Positions 60,515 through 64,000 of a stretch of DNA of 64,000 bases are shown piece after piece (within the stretch, counting starts at the first letter, position 1; the number at the start of each line of letters is the position of its first letter). This stretch comes from Patescibacteria group bacterium (lineage in GTDB: Bacteria; Patescibacteriota; Minisyncoccia; Phycocordibacterales; Phycocordibacteraceae), in contig JBBTSV010000003.1 of the NCBI GenBank assembly GCA_038064595.1, positions 41,150 through 105,149 on the forward strand, written 5' to 3'. The notes under the pieces are model-generated. The model searched no databases. It worked only from the letters and a program-made list of their open reading frames with translations, and was not told the DNA's origin. The position numbers were made by a program, and so were the translations under genes.

Positions 60515-62761
60515 TCAGAACTCGTTGTCGGTTTCCACGTCTGGCGTTCGATTGCTCGCATTTCCCGTACGTACCTCGCGCGGCTTTGAGCCATCGGCCG
60601 GACCAATGACCCCCTTTGCCTCAAGGACGTCCATAAGCCGAGCGGCACGCGAGTACCCGATTTTCAGTTTCCGTTGAAGATAGGAGGTCGATGCCCGCCC
60701 CACCTCTTCGACTGCAGCCTGCGCGTCCTCATAGAGGTCGTCGTCAATATCGTCGTCGAAGGTGCCGTTTACCAGACCAATCACGTCGCTTGGTTCTACA
60801 GCGATGTTCGTTCCGTTCCCACCAAAATCGATACTGGAGAGATCACCAGCATTATGACTCTTGATATAGTGCACCACCTTCTTTACCTCATTTTCACTAA
60901 TGTATGCGGTTTGGAGGCGGATTGGTTTTTGCATATCGCTTGCTAGATAGAGCATGTCGCCTGCGCCGAGGAGTGACTCGGCCCCCGACCCGTCGAGAAT
61001 CGTACGCGAGTCGATCTGTGAGGCGACCTGGAGTGCCATGCGTGCAGGAACGTTTGCCTTAATGAGACCAGTAATGACGTTTACTGAAGGACGTTGTGTG
61101 GAGAGAATAAGGTGGATACCCACCGCGCGTGACATCTGGGCAAGACGGACGATCGATGCTTCAAGCTCGCGTGGGTAGCTGTGCATGATATCCGCAAGTT
61201 CGTCGATGACGATTACGATATACGGCATTGCTTCGGGGAGCTCACGAGTATCATCGGCAGAAGATCCACGGAGGACCGATTTTTTGGCTGGTTCGTAAAT
61301 CGTCGTGTGGTAGGAGTCAATATCTCGGACTCGTTCAGTTTCAAGCACGTTGTAGCGGCGCTCCATTTCTTTGATAGCCCACTTGAGCGAGAGGATCGTC
61401 TTCTTCGGGTCGGTGATGACCGGAGTCAAAAGGTGGGGGATGCCGTTGTAGGCAGTGAGTTCGACCCGCTTTGGATCAATCATGATAAAACGCAGCTGGT
61501 TGGGACCATTACGATAGAGGAGAGAGGTGACGAGCGCGTGAATTGCCACCGATTTCCCGGAGCCCGTTGCCCCCGCAACAAGTCCGTGGGGCATTTTCGC
61601 AATATTGACGTAGTGTGGCGTACCGCTAATATCGCGCCCAAGGGCCGCAAGGAGCGGCTTGGTGCTCTGCTCCCACTCGTGACTGATGAGCAGGCCACCG
61701 AGACCAACCATTGCTTTGATTGTGTTAGGCACCTCGATACCCACGAGCGACTTGCCCGGGATCGGTGCCTCGATGCGTACCGGGTGAGCCGCGAGAGCGA
61801 GCTCTAGATTATTTGCCAGAGAAACAATCTTTGAGAGGCGCACACCCTCGGCGGGTTTTACCGCGTAGCGCGTGACGGTGGGGCCCACCGAGACCTCGTC
61901 CATCTCTAGGTTGATACCAAAGTTCTGGAAGGTGCGTTTGATAATGTTGGCGTTCGCTTTAATATCGCCAACCCCGGGCTTTCCTTTATCGGTGCCGAGA
62001 AGCGAGAGAGGAGGGGGTTCGTACTCGCCGTCAAAGTTGGCAATACCCACTCCGGTACCAAGCTCACCTGTGGGGCGATTAAACACCGTCACCACGGGCT
62101 CTCGTTCTTCATCGGGGAGAGGCGGAGGCAGGGGATCCTCTTCAAAGTTTTCTTCAGACGACGGATCGGGGACGCCGACGACCCCCTCCTCGGTTTCTTC
62201 AAACATCTCGTTCTCACGTGTGCGGCGCATACGTTGCCAGAGGGTCATCACGTTTTGACCGAGAAAGATAGCGATCGCCTCAATGTCAGTAAGAATAGCG
62301 AGCCCGATAGTTATCGTGGCACAGAGGAGGACGAGGGATCCCCAGAATCCGAAGAATTGTTTCAGCATATCCCCGCTCCACGTTCCCACGACTCCCCCGA
62401 AGTCGGTTCCCGGGAAGAGGCCGGCGAACGCGAGAATAGAGGCCGCGATAACGAGCACCCCTGACGTCGCTAGGGGTGCGAGCGCAGGGCGACCAAAGCC
62501 TGCATAGAGTCCGATAGCGATCAGTATGAATGGGAGTAGGAAAGCGCCGATACCGAGTGCGGCATAGCTTGCGGAGAAAATTGCATTACCCACGGGGCCT
62601 GACCCATGAAAGATGGAGAGAATAAGGAGCACACCTGCCGTACAGAGGAGGATTGCCGACGCATATCGGACAACCACATCATACTCGCGCACCGCTTCGT
62701 CACGACGATCGCGCGCGCGCCCGCGATCATTACCGCGCTGCTTTCCGTTGCTTCGACTCAT
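60515..62761 (-). CDS. ftsK: DNA translocase FtsK/SpoIIIE
   Basis: N-terminal TM helices, a motor domain with GATGSGKS, and a C-terminal gamma-like domain. Confidence 0.9.
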   Translation of the reverse strand: MSRSNGKQRGNDRGRARDRRDEAVREYDVVVRYASAILLCTAGVLLILSIFHGSGPVGNAIFSASYAALGIGAFLLPFILIAIGLYAGFGRPALAPLATSGVLVIAASILAFAGLFPGTDFGGVVGTWSGDMLKQFFGFWGSLVLLCATITIGLAILTDIEAIAIFLGQNVMTLWQRMRRTRENEMFEETEEGVVGVPDPSSEENFEEDPLPPPLPDEEREPVVTVFNRPTGELGTGVGIANFDGEYEPPPLSLLGTDKGKPGVGDIKANANIIKRTFQNFGINLEMDEVSVGPTVTRYAVKPAEGVRLSKIVSLANNLELALAAHPVRIEAPIPGKSLVGIEVPNTIKAMVGLGGLLISHEWEQSTKPLLAALGRDISGTPHYVNIAKMPHGLVAGATGSGKSVAIHALVTSLLYRNGPNQLRFIMIDPKRVELTAYNGIPHLLTPVITDPKKTILSLKWAIKEMERRYNVLETERVRDIDSYHTTIYEPAKKSVLRGSSADDTRELPEAMPYIVIVIDELADIMHSYPRELEASIVRLAQMSRAVGIHLILSTQRPSVNVITGLIKANVPARMALQVASQIDSRTILDGSGAESLLGAGDMLYLASDMQKPIRLQTAYISENEVKKVVHYIKSHNAGDLSSIDFGGNGTNIAVEPSDVIGLVNGTFDDDIDDDLYEDAQAAVEEVGRASTSYLQRKLKIGYSRAARLMDVLEAKGVIGPADGSKPREVRTGNASNRTPDVETDNEF

Positions 62762-62848
62762 GGTACATATATTGTATCACCCCGCGCCGTCTGCGTGAGA
62801 CCGGAAGCTTGCAAGGACTCGTCAAGGACGTATACTGTCCCATAACAT

Positions 62849-63643
62849 ATGGGACAAGAGATATCGTCTATCAGACAAGAGTCAGACATGTCTAATAAGA
62901 CACGTGGCGGTAAGGACACGCAAGTAAATGATTTCGTCCTAGAAAAAAGCATATTTAATAACGTATTTGAAAAGGACATACGTAGAGTATTTGTGTATAA
63001 AAAGGCAGAGCGTCTCGCAAAGGCGATCCACCTCATCACCCCCGCATTTACAGAGTCACCGGCACTTCGTGATCGAATTGACACGATCGCTATTGCTCTG
63101 ATAGACGCCGCTATAGAGCCAACTGCCGGTGCCCGACGCACACTGTCACGTGAGCTTCTCGCGCTCTCAAGCCTTCTTTCTATAGCGCGTATCGGCGGCC
63201 TTCTTTCGGCAATGAATGTCGAGCTCATTGCCCACGAAGCGCGAGCGCTACTTCACGAAGTTGCTGGGTATGAAGAGCCTCGCGTATTTCTCGATACAGC
63301 TCCCAGTCTTGCTGATATGGCAAAACAAATGGTGAGACAAGATTATCAGAGGGCGTCCGAACGGAGCACATCACGAGGTATCAATCATAATTCGTTATCT
63401 CCTGAAACGCAGAAGCAGACGATAAAGGACACAGGAAGTATAAAGGACAAAAGGACGCATAACCGGCGGGATACTATATTGTCCGTTATAAAAAATAAGC
63501 GAAAGGCCAGTATCAAGGACGTTTCTACTCTCATCCGGGACGTTTCTGAAAAAACTATCCAGCGAGAACTCCTCGCTCTGGTGGCAGAAGGCATCCTAAT
63601 AAAGGAAGGGGAGCGTCGCTGGAGCACGTACACTCTCGCATAA
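62849..63643 (+). CDS. hypothetical protein with C-terminal winged-HTH
   Basis: C-terminal DVSTLIRDVSEKTIQRELLALVAEGILIK is DeoR/wHTH-like. Confidence 0.4.
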   Translation: MGQEISSIRQESDMSNKTRGGKDTQVNDFVLEKSIFNNVFEKDIRRVFVYKKAERLAKAIHLITPAFTESPALRDRIDTIAIALIDAAIEPTAGARRTLSRELLALSSLLSIARIGGLLSAMNVELIAHEARALLHEVAGYEEPRVFLDTAPSLADMAKQMVRQDYQRASERSTSRGINHNSLSPETQKQTIKDTGSIKDKRTHNRRDTILSVIKNKRKASIKDVSTLIRDVSEKTIQRELLALVAEGILIKEGERRWSTYTLA

Positions 63644-64000
63644 GCTCTAGGCTGGATTTTGACTCACCGCCCTCGATCTGCTATCATAGTCTTGTGGTAG
63701 CAGCTCTGACATAGGGCGAAGAAAAGGTCGGAAACGACCTTATTTTGCGTGCTCTGTTGGGCAATGTTATCCACACGTTTTCTTCGGGATATAGTGGTTT
63801 CCGCTATATACTGGCTACTAGTCCTTGCGGGGACAACTGTTCCCCGAAGGGCGTACTTTGATAACTGAATAGTCCTCGAGAGAGGACATCAACCCTTGCC
63901 AACTAACCCATGGCGTACTGGTCGATACCGTACGCTGTGGGGTAGTGTGAAATGTGCAGTGCTCACACGAACTCAACTTGATTATTATGTGCGCTATAAA

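Overview
This 64-kb window is high-GC bacterial chromosome (about 58 % GC), and several features suggest a CPR/Parcubacteria-like organism, though that is inference. Housekeeping content includes ruvC-yebC-ruvB, ruvA and ruvX; polA, holA-like, recO, recA, ssb and ftsK; five aminoacyl-tRNA synthetases (argS, ileS, glyQS, metG, plus a tRNA-binding protein); ribosomal proteins S20, L19, L11, S6 and S18; secE-nusG-rplK; a thyX-dcd-tmk pyrimidine cluster; glyA, uppS, efp, an ECF sigma factor and a histidine kinase. There is a pilB / pilMNO type IV pilus set and 10 tRNA genes, and the hunt findings (three AT-rich low-GC islands, two free-standing LAGLIDADG homing endonucleases each within 2 nt of a tRNA gene, an in-frame histidine-phosphatase insertion in ileS, and an 18-nt perfect palindrome that recurs four times, twice in frame inside argS and tatD) are detailed below. 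The main finding is a complete diversity-generating retroelement (DGR) at 26.4-33.9 kb. It has a DGR-type reverse transcriptase, an Avd-like accessory gene in antisense orientation, a 122-nt template repeat and two variable repeats in which every mismatch to the template falls on a template adenine. The two diversified targets carry a C-terminal CLec-like domain. One target is fused to a MoxR-like AAA+ ATPase and sits next to a VWA/metallopeptidase partner protein. This suggests a hypervariable MoxR-VWA ligand-recognition system.
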